DNA of 64,000 nt from Chitinophaga sp. CB10 (GCF_001870995.1 NZ_MLAV02000016.1:296-64295), one strand, 5' to 3'; positions 47,268 through 57,473 are shown, counted from the first letter of the stretch. Numbers and translations: made by a program. Notes: generated from the sequence alone by a model not told the origin.

Positions 47268-49559
47268 CTACTTCGTATAATCCTTCGGTTTATTCCCCAT
47301 CACAAACGTAATCACTCCTCCATGCATAATATCCGCATGGCTGATCGTCAGCTTCTTCCACTCCTTCCCATTCAGCAGTACCTTTTGTACATACACATTT
47401 TTGTCTGACTGATTCCGCACATCCACGGTAAATGATTTCCCATTTTCCAGCTGCAGCGTCGCCTTATTCACCGCGGGACTTCCCAGTTCATACTGGTCGG
47501 AGCCGGGGCACAGCGGGTAAAAGCCCAGGGAGGAAAAGATATACCAGGCGCTCATCTGGCCGCAGTCATCATTGCCGCCGAGGCCATCCGGGCCGGGGTG
47601 ATACATTTTCTTCAGGATCATACGCACCCTGTCCTGCGTTTTCCATGGCTGGCCGGTATGGTTGTAGAGGTAGGCCACGTGATGCGAAGGTTCATTGCCA
47701 TGTACATAATTCCCGATGATACCGTCGCGGGTAATATCTTCCGTTTCCGCAAAATATTTATCCGGCAGCTCCATGGTGAAAAGCGAATCCAGGTGTTGCG
47801 CAAATTGTTTCTTGCCACCCATCATTTCAATCATTTCAGCGGGGTATTGCGGTACGTACAGGCTGTAGTTCCACGCATTGCCTTCAATAAAGCCCTGGTC
47901 GTGCGTTTGCAGCGGGTCAAAATCTTTTTTGAAGGAGCCGTCGCTCAGGCGGGGGCGCATGAAGCCGGTGGAGGCGTCATAAACATTTTTGTAGTGGAGG
48001 GAGCGTTTGATGAACTCCTCGTAGATATCCTTGCGGTTCAGCTTTTTGGCTACCTGGGCAATGCACCAGTCGTCATAAGCATATTCCAGCACTTTAGATA
48101 CGGAGGCGCCTTGTTTATCCTCCGGGATATAACCATTATCAATATAGTACCCGAGGCCGTCATAGCTGCGGTGGCGGGCCGTGGTCACGCAGGCTTCCAA
48201 TGCCTTGTCTGCATCAAACGGCGCGTTTCCTTTTATGATGGCATCGGCGATTACAGATACGCTGTGATAGCCGATCATACACCAGTTTTCGTTGGCATAG
48301 TGGGACCATACCGGCAGCATATGCTGCGCGCTTTGCTCGTAATGCGCTACCATAGAGCGTACCATGTCCGCGTTGCGGGCAGGCTGTATCAGGTTAAAGA
48401 AAGGATGCAGGGCGCGGTAGGTATCCCAGAGGGAGAAGGTGGTATAATTCGTATAACCGTTGGCGTTATGCACATTCATATCCAGTCCGCGGTAGTTGCC
48501 ATCCACATCCATATAGGTAGTCGGATTGATGAAAGCGTGGTACATCGCGGTGTAGAAGTTCTCCTTCTCTTCCCTGGAAGGCGATTCAATACGGATTTTA
48601 TTCAGTTCTTTGGCCCAAAGCGCCTGCGCGTCAGCCTTCACTTTATTGAAGTCCCAGCCCGGCGCTTCCGCATATAAATTTTTCAATGCGCCGGCAGTGC
48701 TTACCGGGGAAATGGCCAGTTTGATTTTGATCTGCTCCCCGGGGGTGGTGTTAAAGTCAAACCAGGCGCGGATCTGCCGCCCTGCCATTTCCGGGAAATT
48801 ATGCGTTTGATCAAACTTGCGCCAGAAGCCGCGGTACACGTTGTTGGCGTAGTTCTGATGACCGTAGCTTTTAAACGGCTTGGAGAAGGTCATGGCGAAA
48901 TACACTGTTCTCGTACGTGCCCAACCGTTAGTCTGCCGGTAGCCGGTGATGGTGCTGTCGTTTTCCACCCGGATGAAAGTCCACACATTCTTGTTTTCGT
49001 AGTTGTAGATGTTGGACATCATATCCAGGATGATATGCGCTGGCTCCTTGCCATTGAAGGTATATTGATGAAACCCTACCCGGTTGGTAGCGGTGAGTTC
49101 TGCCAGTACGTCCGGCTCGTCCAGTTTCACTTTATAGTAACCTGCTTCGGATACTTCGCTGGCATGGGAAAAGGTAGAGCGGTAGCCGGTTTCCGGGTGG
49201 TCCGCCGTACCGGGATTGAGTTGCAGCGGGCCCGTGGCAGGCATGATCAGGAAATCCCCGAGGTCCGCATGGCCGGTACCGCTGAAATGGGTATGGCTGA
49301 ATCCTACGATGGTTTTATCCTCATACTGGTAACCCGCGCAATACTTATACACATCCTTATTGTATTTCCCATCCATTTCGTAAGGTATGGTATCCGTTTC
49401 CGGGCTGAGCTGCACCGCGCCGAAAGGCACGGTAGCGCCGGGATAGGTATGCCCCATTTTCATGGTACCGGTGATGGGCTTTACATATTGCAGGAGGTTT
49501 TCCTGCGCGTTGGCAGCTACTGCCGCAGTGAGTAGCAAGGGCGTCAAAAATTGCTTCAT
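47268..49559 (-). CDS. GH92 family glycoside hydrolase (alpha-mannosidase-like)
   Basis: 763 aa with a signal peptide. Motifs GHTYPGATVPFGAVQLSP and GNDDCGQMSAWYIFSSLGFYP. Confidence 0.9.
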   Translation of the reverse strand: MKQFLTPLLLTAAVAANAQENLLQYVKPITGTMKMGHTYPGATVPFGAVQLSPETDTIPYEMDGKYNKDVYKYCAGYQYEDKTIVGFSHTHFSGTGHADLGDFLIMPATGPLQLNPGTADHPETGYRSTFSHASEVSEAGYYKVKLDEPDVLAELTATNRVGFHQYTFNGKEPAHIILDMMSNIYNYENKNVWTFIRVENDSTITGYRQTNGWARTRTVYFAMTFSKPFKSYGHQNYANNVYRGFWRKFDQTHNFPEMAGRQIRAWFDFNTTPGEQIKIKLAISPVSTAGALKNLYAEAPGWDFNKVKADAQALWAKELNKIRIESPSREEKENFYTAMYHAFINPTTYMDVDGNYRGLDMNVHNANGYTNYTTFSLWDTYRALHPFFNLIQPARNADMVRSMVAHYEQSAQHMLPVWSHYANENWCMIGYHSVSVIADAIIKGNAPFDADKALEACVTTARHRSYDGLGYYIDNGYIPEDKQGASVSKVLEYAYDDWCIAQVAKKLNRKDIYEEFIKRSLHYKNVYDASTGFMRPRLSDGSFKKDFDPLQTHDQGFIEGNAWNYSLYVPQYPAEMIEMMGGKKQFAQHLDSLFTMELPDKYFAETEDITRDGIIGNYVHGNEPSHHVAYLYNHTGQPWKTQDRVRMILKKMYHPGPDGLGGNDDCGQMSAWYIFSSLGFYPLCPGSDQYELGSPAVNKATLQLENGKSFTVDVRNQSDKNVYVQKVLLNGKEWKKLTISHADIMHGGVITFVMGNKPKDYTK

Positions 49560-49649
49560 GGTTGATGTTTAAGAGCTATAAAAAATACATCCCGAAGAAT
49601 CGGGATGAAGTATTTACAGTGAACAATGAAATTCTTTTTTATCCATCTT

Positions 49650-51941
49650 TTACTTTACCGCGGTAGAGTAAGAGTAGGGGAAATCAGCCGGGCTGGTTCC
49701 TTTTGTTTTATTAGGAGCCGCGCCCATATTGAATACCAGCTTACCGCCATTTTGCAGGTCCTGGTGGCTGATCCAGTTTTTCGTATAGTTTTTACCGTTA
49801 AGGGACGCGCTTTGCACATAGAGGTTTTTGGCGCTGTTAGCCGGCGCTTCAATCACCATTTTCTTACCGTCTTCCAGCGTCATGGTGAGTTTGGAAAATA
49901 ACGGCGTGCCGAATACATATTGCGGCGTACCAGGGCATACCGGGTAGAAGCCCATCGCGGAAAACACGTACCAGGCGGAGGTTTGGCCGTTATCCTCATC
50001 CCCGCAGTAACCATCCGGCGTAGGTTTGTACAAGCGCTCCATCACCTGGCGGATCCAGTATTGCGTTTTCCATGGCTGGCCGGCGTAGTTGTACAGGTAA
50101 ATCATATGCTGGATGGGTTGGTTGCCGTGCGCGTACTGGCCCATGTTCATAATCTGCATTTCGCGGATCTCGTGGATGACGCCGCCGTAATAGCTGTCGT
50201 CAAACGCAGGTGGCATTTTGAATACGGAATCCAGCATTTCCACAAACTGCTCTTTTCCGCCCATTAAGGTGGCCAGGGCATTCACGTCGTGGAAAACGGA
50301 CCAGGTATAGTGCCAGGAGTTGCCTTCGGTAAAGGCATCTCCCCATTTGAATGGGTTGAAAGGCGTCTGGAATTTGCCATCCTTGTTTCTGCCGCGCATG
50401 AGCTTTGTTTCCGGGTCAAACACGTTGCGGAAGTTCTGGCTGCGTTTTGCAAAGCGGTCCAGCTCTTCTTTTGGCCGGTTCAGGGCTTTTGCCAGCTGCA
50501 GGATGGTGAAGTCGTCGTAGGCGTATTCCAGCGTACGGGCGGTGTTTTCATTGATATTTACATCGTAAGGCACATACCCCAGGGTATTGTAATATTTCAC
50601 GCCTTTACGGCCTACAGAGGTGAGCGGGCCTTCGTTTTCAGAATTTTTCAGCACTGCTTCGTAGAGGGTATTGATATCATAACCGCGGATACCTTTGATA
50701 TAGGCGTCAGCGATGAGTGAAGCGGAGTTGGAGCCGATCATGCAGTCGCGGTGGCCGGGGCTCGCCCATTCAGGCAGCCAGCCGCTTTCCTTGTAAGCGT
50801 TGGCGAGGCCCTCCATGATGTGGCTGCTCAGGCTCGGATACATGAGGGTGAAGAACGGGTGTACGGCGCGGAACGTGTCCCAGAAGCCGTTATCGGTAAA
50901 CATATAGCCGGGTAATACTTCCCCTTTGTACGGACTGTAGTGCACCACTTCATTTTTTGCATTGAGTTCATAGAACTTGCGCGGGAAGAGGAGTACGCGG
51001 TACAGGGAGGAGTAGAAGGTGCGCACCTGTTCCGGTGTGCCGCCCTGTACGGCGAGGCGGCCCAGTTCTTTATTCCAGATATCTTTCGCTTTGTTTTTGG
51101 TAACGTCGAAGTTATCGCTGCCAATTTCCCGTTTCAGGTTGAGTTCCGCCTGGTCGTAGGAAATAAAGGACGATGCGGTTTTGATCGTCACTTTTTCCCC
51201 GCGTTGGGTTTTGAAGCCCACTACCGCGCCGCTGTGGTTGGACTGCATTTCCAGCTTGCCGGCAACCAGCACGCTGTCGTGCCAGGTATGGGCTACGGTA
51301 AACGGTTTATCGAAATAGATCACGAAATAATTTTTGAAGTTCGCCGGTACGCCGCCGCTGTTTTTAGTGGTGTAGCCGATGATCTTTTTTTCTTCCGGGA
51401 TGATTTTAATGTAGGACCCTTTGTCGAACGCATCTACCACGAGGAAGGAGCTATCGCTGGCCGGGTAGGTAAAACGCAGTTGCGCGGCTCTTTCCGTAGG
51501 CGTGATTTCCGTGGTTACGTCGGCATCTGCGAGGTACACGCTATAGTAGTATGGTTTGGTGATTTCCGATTTGTGGGAGAACCAGCTGGCGCGTTTCCGC
51601 TGGTCAAACTTGATGGAGCCTGTTACCGGCATGATGGCAAACTGGCCATAGTCGTTGATCCAGGGGGAAGGCTGGTGGGTTTGTTTGAAGCCGCGGATCT
51701 TGTCGGCGCTGTATTGATACGCCCATCCGTCGCCCATGGCGCCGGTTTGCGGCATCCAGAAATTCATACCCCATGGCAGGGCGATGGCGGGATAGGTGTT
51801 ACCGTTAGACAGGCTTACTTTGGAATCGGTGCCCATGAGGGTGTTCACCCATTCCACCGGTTCCTGCACTTTTTCCACCGTCTGACTCTTGGCGTGGTGC
51901 ATTAAAAAAATAGCTACAGCTAGCAATCCAACTTTTTTCAT
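49650..51941 (-). CDS. GH92 family glycoside hydrolase (paralog)
   Basis: 763 aa with a signal peptide. Motifs NGNTYPAIALPWGMNFW and GDEDNGQTSAWYVFSAMGFYP. Confidence 0.9.
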   Translation of the reverse strand: MKKVGLLAVAIFLMHHAKSQTVEKVQEPVEWVNTLMGTDSKVSLSNGNTYPAIALPWGMNFWMPQTGAMGDGWAYQYSADKIRGFKQTHQPSPWINDYGQFAIMPVTGSIKFDQRKRASWFSHKSEITKPYYYSVYLADADVTTEITPTERAAQLRFTYPASDSSFLVVDAFDKGSYIKIIPEEKKIIGYTTKNSGGVPANFKNYFVIYFDKPFTVAHTWHDSVLVAGKLEMQSNHSGAVVGFKTQRGEKVTIKTASSFISYDQAELNLKREIGSDNFDVTKNKAKDIWNKELGRLAVQGGTPEQVRTFYSSLYRVLLFPRKFYELNAKNEVVHYSPYKGEVLPGYMFTDNGFWDTFRAVHPFFTLMYPSLSSHIMEGLANAYKESGWLPEWASPGHRDCMIGSNSASLIADAYIKGIRGYDINTLYEAVLKNSENEGPLTSVGRKGVKYYNTLGYVPYDVNINENTARTLEYAYDDFTILQLAKALNRPKEELDRFAKRSQNFRNVFDPETKLMRGRNKDGKFQTPFNPFKWGDAFTEGNSWHYTWSVFHDVNALATLMGGKEQFVEMLDSVFKMPPAFDDSYYGGVIHEIREMQIMNMGQYAHGNQPIQHMIYLYNYAGQPWKTQYWIRQVMERLYKPTPDGYCGDEDNGQTSAWYVFSAMGFYPVCPGTPQYVFGTPLFSKLTMTLEDGKKMVIEAPANSAKNLYVQSASLNGKNYTKNWISHQDLQNGGKLVFNMGAAPNKTKGTSPADFPYSYSTAVK

Positions 51942-51990
51942 ACTTGTATTTATAAATGGAATACTTACAAAATCGATTTAGCACAGGTGA

Positions 51991-52019
51991 ATTAAAAAAA
52001 GATTCTCTGAAGAATCTTT
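51991..52019 (-). terminator. Rho-independent terminator downstream of LacI and the repeat array, upstream of GH92
   Basis: aaagattct / agaatcttt with a 4-nt loop. On the minus strand it is followed by TTTTTTT (51991-51997). Confidence 0.6.
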
Positions 52020-52099
52020 ACTATCTCTGATACCATACCCGTGATAAATGTATAATTTTTTTTTAGATCAAGGGGAAATATTGGGGAGAAATTTATGGA

Positions 52100-52625
52100 C
52101 GGCGGGCCGGGGGGTATCGTCCGGGCGGCGGCACTTCCGGGGAGAATGCTGTGGGAACGGGGGCGCTGTCCGGAGCGGGGACCCTGTAAAACGCGGTGAA
52201 TAAGGCCGGGGGCGGGCGGCGCTACTACCGGGGAAAATGCCATGGGAACGGGGGCGCTGCCCGGAGTGGGGACCCTGTAAAACGCGGTGAATAAGGCGTC
52301 AGGCGATACTACCGCGGAAAATGCCGTTGGATCGGGAGTGCTGTCCGGAGCGGGGACCCTGTAAAACGCGGTGATTAAGGCGTCAGGCGCTTCTACCACG
52401 GAAAATGCCGTAGGATCAGGAGTGCTGTCCGGAGCGCCCCCCCTGTAAAACGCGATGAATAAGGCGTCAGGCGATACTACCGCGGAAAATGCCGTAGGAT
52501 CGGGAGTGCTGTCCGGAGCGGGGACCCTGTAAAACGCGATGAATAAGGCGTCAGGCGATACTACCGCGGAAAATGCCGTAGGATCGGGAGTGCTGTCCGG
52601 AGCGGGAACCCTGTAAAACGCGAAT
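52100..52625. repeat. Tandem repeat array: about 6 units of 84 bp (the oldest spacing is 91 bp)
   Basis: The landmark TGTAAAACG recurs at 52185, 52276, 52360, 52444, 52528 and 52612. The last two units are nearly identical; the first two have diverged. Confidence 0.9.
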
Positions 52626-52635
52626 GGCGCCCGCC

Positions 52636-53652
52636 TCACGTCGAACTCCGCACAATCAACCGGCCCGGGAGCGCTACCTGCGACTCCTTAATAGGCCCGG
52701 ACTGTTTATCCAGCTGCTTCATCAGCAAACTGATTGCCTTCGCGGCAATGCCTTCGATCGGCTGCTCTATCACCGTAATACCCGGCGGATAAAGGCGGAA
52801 AATATCATGATCATCAAAGCAGATGGCCGCCATTTGCTTAGGCATGCTGATTTTCAGTCGGCCCATGGCCTCGAGCCCCAGGATGCCTAAATAGTTCGTA
52901 GCGAAGAAAATAGCATCCATATCGCGGTTCTCCTGTATGAAAGCTTCCAGCGTAGCGAGGTTTTGTTCCCTGCTGTCATGGTAATTCAGTTCCAGCACCC
53001 GCTTCTTACGGAAAGGGATATCCTTTTTCTTCAGGGCCTGTGTATAACTGCGCTGGCGCTCGGCCAGCTGTATCAGGGACACATCTACCGTTACATAACC
53101 TATTTTGCGGTAGCCCCTTTCAAAGAGGTGATCCATGCCCAGCTGCACGCCGTGAAAATTATCGATGAGTACATACGGCGCTTTGATGCCCGGAAAGTAG
53201 CTGTCCATCAGCACTACGGGCTTATGCATCTGCAACAGCCGCCTGATTTCGTTTTCCATACCGGGGGCGGGCGTGATCAGGTAACCATCCACCATCTGGC
53301 GGCCCAGCATACGAATCAGCTCACCGCCTTTCTCCGCATTGTTTTCCGTACTGCAGTACACCACATTATACCCCAGGCGCTCCGCCTCGGTTTCGATGGT
53401 GCGGGCCAGGCTGGCGAAGAAGCTGCCTGAAATACTTTCCACAATAAGGCCCAGTGTTTTGGATTGCCCCGTACGTAAGTTAACGGCTACACGATGCGGC
53501 TCGTAACCGGACTGATTCACCACACTCATGATCTTTTGCGCTACCTCGTCGCGGATACGCATCTGTTTTGCCTTTCCGTTTAAAACAAAGGATACGGTAC
53601 TGGGAGCTACGCCAGCCATCCTGGCTACATCTTTGAGTGTGAGTCTCTTCAT
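52636..53652 (-). CDS. LacI family transcriptional regulator
   Basis: HTH LKDVARMAGVAPSTVSFVLNG plus a periplasmic-binding-protein-like core. ATG 53652 is preferred over the track's GTG 53691. Confidence 0.9.
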   Translation of the reverse strand: MKRLTLKDVARMAGVAPSTVSFVLNGKAKQMRIRDEVAQKIMSVVNQSGYEPHRVAVNLRTGQSKTLGLIVESISGSFFASLARTIETEAERLGYNVVYCSTENNAEKGGELIRMLGRQMVDGYLITPAPGMENEIRRLLQMHKPVVLMDSYFPGIKAPYVLIDNFHGVQLGMDHLFERGYRKIGYVTVDVSLIQLAERQRSYTQALKKKDIPFRKKRVLELNYHDSREQNLATLEAFIQENRDMDAIFFATNYLGILGLEAMGRLKISMPKQMAAICFDDHDIFRLYPPGITVIEQPIEGIAAKAISLLMKQLDKQSGPIKESQVALPGRLIVRSST

Positions 53653-53893
53653 TTGGGAATTTTTTGGACAGTTACCAGCACGCTCTTCCACGTTTTAACA
53701 TTTCTTTAAAAGCGTTCTGCCGATTTCCGGGGGCGGAAATTACAAAAATACTGGCAGACCAACTTAAATTGCTTATATTACGAAAACAGTTTTTTGGCCG
53801 GATAATATTGGATGTGATTCCACGTTAAGCAAATATAGCTACTCAATATTTCACAAAGGCCATTTGTACTGTAGCCAACATTACACAGTTATC

Positions 53894-54964
53894 ATGAAGC
53901 AACTCACAACAATCAACGATCCGATTTACATCAAGCCTGCAACCGAATTGGCAGCCGACCGTTTTTTTAAGCGCTATATCCGCGATGAAAGGGACTTGCC
54001 TTTTGTGTACCTGACGCTGAAAATCACCTTCACGCTGTGGCCCCTGGCCATCCTGTTGTACATCCCCGGATTGAACAACTGGATGTGGTGGACTGCCGCG
54101 ATTGCTTACCAGTTCCTCAACAACGTGACGTTCAAAGGGCCGTTCGGCCTCATGCTGCATTGCACCAGCCACCGCGTTTTCTTTGACCGTAAATACCAAT
54201 TCCTCAACCACTACCTCCCCTGGGTGATTGGCCCGCTGTTTGGCCAGACGCCTGAAACATATTACAGCCACCACATCGGCATGCACCACCCGGAAAACAA
54301 TATGCCGGAGGATGAAAGCTCCACCATGGCCTATCGACGGGACTCCTTCCGGGGCTTTCTCCATTACCTCGGCAGTTTCTTTTTCGCAGGTATATACCAC
54401 CTGGCCACTTACCTGTTCCGGAAGAAAAGGAAAAACCTGCTCATGCGCTCCGTAAGGGGCGAGCTGCTGTTTATCCTTGCCTGTGTGGGATTATCCTTTA
54501 TCAACTTCCCCGCAACGTTCGTTGTGTTTATCCTGCCGTTCATTATTTCCAGGATCATAATGATGGTGGGCAACTGGGCGCAGCACGCATTCATCTGTCC
54601 GGCCGATCCTGACAATCCCTATAAGAACAGCATCACCTGCATCAACACTAAATACAACCATAAGTGCTGGAACGACGGGTATCATATCAGTCACCACGAC
54701 AAGCCCAGCATGCACTGGACGGAGCATCCCGTTTATTTTAAGAAAACTTTGGGATTGTACATTGAAAACGACACGATCGTGTACGACGGCATTCACTTCC
54801 TGCACGTATGGCTGTGGCTGATGACCAAGCGGTACGACCTGCTGGCCAGGCACTTTGTGGACATCGGCGGCAAATTCCGCTCCGAGGAAGAAGTCATCGC
54901 CTTCCTGCGGGCACGTACCCGCCCGATCCTCACGGTTCCACAGCCGGCAATGGCGGCCGCCTAG
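53894..54964 (+). CDS. Membrane fatty acid desaturase family protein
   Basis: Three His boxes: HCTSHR, HHIGMHH, HISHH. The first ATG is at 53894 (the track starts at TTG 53864). Confidence 0.8.
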   Translation: MKQLTTINDPIYIKPATELAADRFFKRYIRDERDLPFVYLTLKITFTLWPLAILLYIPGLNNWMWWTAAIAYQFLNNVTFKGPFGLMLHCTSHRVFFDRKYQFLNHYLPWVIGPLFGQTPETYYSHHIGMHHPENNMPEDESSTMAYRRDSFRGFLHYLGSFFFAGIYHLATYLFRKKRKNLLMRSVRGELLFILACVGLSFINFPATFVVFILPFIISRIIMMVGNWAQHAFICPADPDNPYKNSITCINTKYNHKCWNDGYHISHHDKPSMHWTEHPVYFKKTLGLYIENDTIVYDGIHFLHVWLWLMTKRYDLLARHFVDIGGKFRSEEEVIAFLRARTRPILTVPQPAMAAA

Positions 54965-55154
54965 CAGGATTATTTACCGTTTTTGTCTGATTTTTTAATT
55001 TTTATACCAGGGGCAGGGGCTTAAAACCTTTGCCCCTGTTGCGTTTTAAGACTATTTAACAGATATTATAACAGAATATCTTAATGATTATGATTATTCA
55101 TAACAATAAGTAACTAAATTTGCGCTCTAACTTTTTTTATATAAAGTAAAAAAT

Positions 55155-56417
55155 ATGCGTACTGTTACACTGAAAAGGGTTGTGATCACCGGCTTGGGGG
55201 CATTAACACCTATCGGGAATGATGTAAATACTTTTTGGAGCAACTTAAAGGCGGGTGTTAGTGGCGCTGGCCCTATCACCAAATTTGACACCACAGAGTT
55301 CAAAACAAAATTTGCCTGTGAGGTTAAAAATTTCGATGTAGAAAAATACATGGATAAAAAGGAAGCCCGCAAAATGGACAACTTCACCCAGTACGCTATG
55401 GCGGCTGCGCACGAAGCTGTTTTGGATGCAGGCCTCACCAACGAAGGCATTGATAAAACTAAAGTAGGGGTGATCTGGGCTTCCGGAAACGGCGGTATGC
55501 TCACCTTCGAAGAGCAGATCGTGGAATTTGCACAGCAAAACTTTGTGCCTAAATTCAACCCGTTCTTCATTCCGAAACTGATTTCCGACATCGCTGCCGG
55601 CCAGATTGCCATGAAATATGGTTTCATGGGTATCAACTTCTGTACAGTTTCTGCCTGCGCTTCATCCAGCAGCGCGCTGGTGGATGCGTTTAATTATATC
55701 CGCCTGGGTAAAGCCAATGTGATCGTTGCCGGCGGCTCCGAAGCCCCTGTAACCCGCGCTGGTATTGCCGGCTTTAACGCGCTGAAAGCGCTGTCCACCC
55801 GGAACGACGATCCTTCCACCGCTTCCCGTCCGTTTGACGCCGACCGCGATGGATTCGTTATGGGAGAAGGCGCCGGCGCCATCATCCTCGAAGAGTATGA
55901 GCATGCCATCGCCCGCGGCGCCACCATCTACGGCGAAATGATCGGCGGCGCTATGACCTGCGACGCTTACCACCTCACCGCCACCCACCCTGAAGGCCTC
56001 GGCGCAAGACTGGGTATGGAGCAGGCTTTGGAAGATGCCGGCGTAACCGTGGCCGATGTGGATTATATCAACTCCCACACCACTTCCACTCCTGTTGGGG
56101 ACATCAGCGAGCTGAAAGCCATCAGCGCAGCGTTTGGCGAGCATGTTGAAAAACTCAACATCTCCGCTACCAAATCTATGACAGGCCACCTCCTGGGCGC
56201 TGCCGGCGCTATCGAAGCGATCGCCTGCATCAAAGCCACCCAGGAAGATATCGTTCCGCCTACCATCAATACCAGGGAACTGGGCGAAGGTATCCCGACA
56301 AACCTGAACCTGACCCTCGGCAAAGCCCAGGAACGCCCTGTGAACATCGCCATGAGCAATACTTTCGGCTTCGGCGGTCACAACGCTATCTGCGTGTTCA
56401 AAAAATACAAAGCGTAA
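55155..56417 (+). CDS. fabF: Beta-ketoacyl-ACP synthase II
   Basis: Active-site Cys in VSACASS, His motifs NSHTTSTP and GHLLGAAG, and C-terminal FGFGGHNA. Confidence 0.92.
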   Translation: MRTVTLKRVVITGLGALTPIGNDVNTFWSNLKAGVSGAGPITKFDTTEFKTKFACEVKNFDVEKYMDKKEARKMDNFTQYAMAAAHEAVLDAGLTNEGIDKTKVGVIWASGNGGMLTFEEQIVEFAQQNFVPKFNPFFIPKLISDIAAGQIAMKYGFMGINFCTVSACASSSSALVDAFNYIRLGKANVIVAGGSEAPVTRAGIAGFNALKALSTRNDDPSTASRPFDADRDGFVMGEGAGAIILEEYEHAIARGATIYGEMIGGAMTCDAYHLTATHPEGLGARLGMEQALEDAGVTVADVDYINSHTTSTPVGDISELKAISAAFGEHVEKLNISATKSMTGHLLGAAGAIEAIACIKATQEDIVPPTINTRELGEGIPTNLNLTLGKAQERPVNIAMSNTFGFGGHNAICVFKKYKA

Positions 56418-56442
56418 GTTTTAACGCTATTAAATAAGTGAA

Positions 56443-56469
56443 AAGCTGGTCGTACGACCAGCTTTTTTT
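56443..56469 (+). terminator. fabF terminator
   Basis: agctggtcg / cgaccagct followed by TTTTTTT. Confidence 0.65.
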
Positions 56470-56615
56470 CGTATATGCCTACCCGGAAAACCACTTTTTT
56501 TCCCACCGCCCCGCCGCGTAATTTTACAGGAAACCTATACCGGGTACCCCTGCTAACTGTAAAAACCCGGGATCAACCGATCCCCGCGGACTTATTGCTC
56601 TTAAATTAAAAACAT

Positions 56616-57473
56616 ATGATCCCAACAAGCGTTAAAAATCTTGGCGTGGCAATGCTGGCAGCCCTGTTGCTCCCGGCATGCTCCAAAGAGCCACTGACCC
56701 AACACGAGGCCATTACCGGCACGACGGCTATGTCTCTCCCCCCCAACACCCCTGATACCACCTGGAGAATTACCGCATGCTGGTACAGTATTAACGGCGT
56801 ACTAAGACCGATGGCCCTGTACACCTACGACAGTACCAGCGGCAGGCTCTCCCACCTCACCATGAACTCCGGCTATAACGATAACTGGCATTTCTGGTTC
56901 TTTACCGTAAAATACGACGGGGATAAAAGGTACTTTATCCAGGGCGCCGGCGATACTACCCTGCAGGTGCGGGTCGACAGCCTTGGCAGGGCCACGGATT
57001 ACGCCTGCAATATTTTCGGCAACGGGCAGCCGGTGGCGCAGCAGGGCCATATTACCTATTACGAGCCGTCCCGCCTTATCAGCCACATCACCCGTACCAT
57101 GAACGGCGTAGTAGATACGCCCGTCATTTACTGGAACGCGCCGGACTATGAACCGTTCCTGAAAGCCTGGAAATCCCCGGCAGGAAGCTGGGTGACCCTG
57201 AACTATGACCGGTCCAATATTAACGACTCCACGCACTACGCCATCTACGATGAACTGGACCAGCCGGATGAATTTCCGGTCAGGATCATGCGCCTCAGCG
57301 GCCTGCTCCCGTACCGGTTTAAAACGAAGGTGGGCAGCCTCAGGTACGTCAGCGGCGGCAGCGTGGTCGACAGCCTGATACTGACGGACCATGTGATCGA
57401 CAGCCGGAAAAAATTACTGGCCTATAAGTGGGGAGCTATTCAATACACCTTCAACTGGACTCCCGTGCCCTGA
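56616..57473 (+). CDS. Hypothetical lipoprotein
   Basis: Signal peptide with lipobox LLLPAC. I recognise no domain. Confidence 0.55.
   Translation: MIPTSVKNLGVAMLAALLLPACSKEPLTQHEAITGTTAMSLPPNTPDTTWRITACWYSINGVLRPMALYTYDSTSGRLSHLTMNSGYNDNWHFWFFTVKYDGDKRYFIQGAGDTTLQVRVDSLGRATDYACNIFGNGQPVAQQGHITYYEPSRLISHITRTMNGVVDTPVIYWNAPDYEPFLKAWKSPAGSWVTLNYDRSNINDSTHYAIYDELDQPDEFPVRIMRLSGLLPYRFKTKVGSLRYVSGGSVVDSLILTDHVIDSRKKLLAYKWGAIQYTFNWTPVP

Noticed and set aside
52100-52625. Possible CRISPR array
   Set aside because: The entire 84-bp unit repeats head to tail, with no unique spacers between short conserved repeats. No cas genes are in the window.
51992-52639. A 215-aa minus-strand ORF spanning the tandem repeats, with a GTG start overlapping the LacI stop as GTGA
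   Set aside because: The frame is open mainly because the 84-bp unit is a multiple of 3 and has no stop in that frame. The product is low-complexity Pro/Ala/Ser/Asp with no signal peptide or recognisable domain. It uses rare-looking codons (AGG, TTA) and reads straight through the terminator hairpin. I keep it as a testable alternative in the repeat finding.
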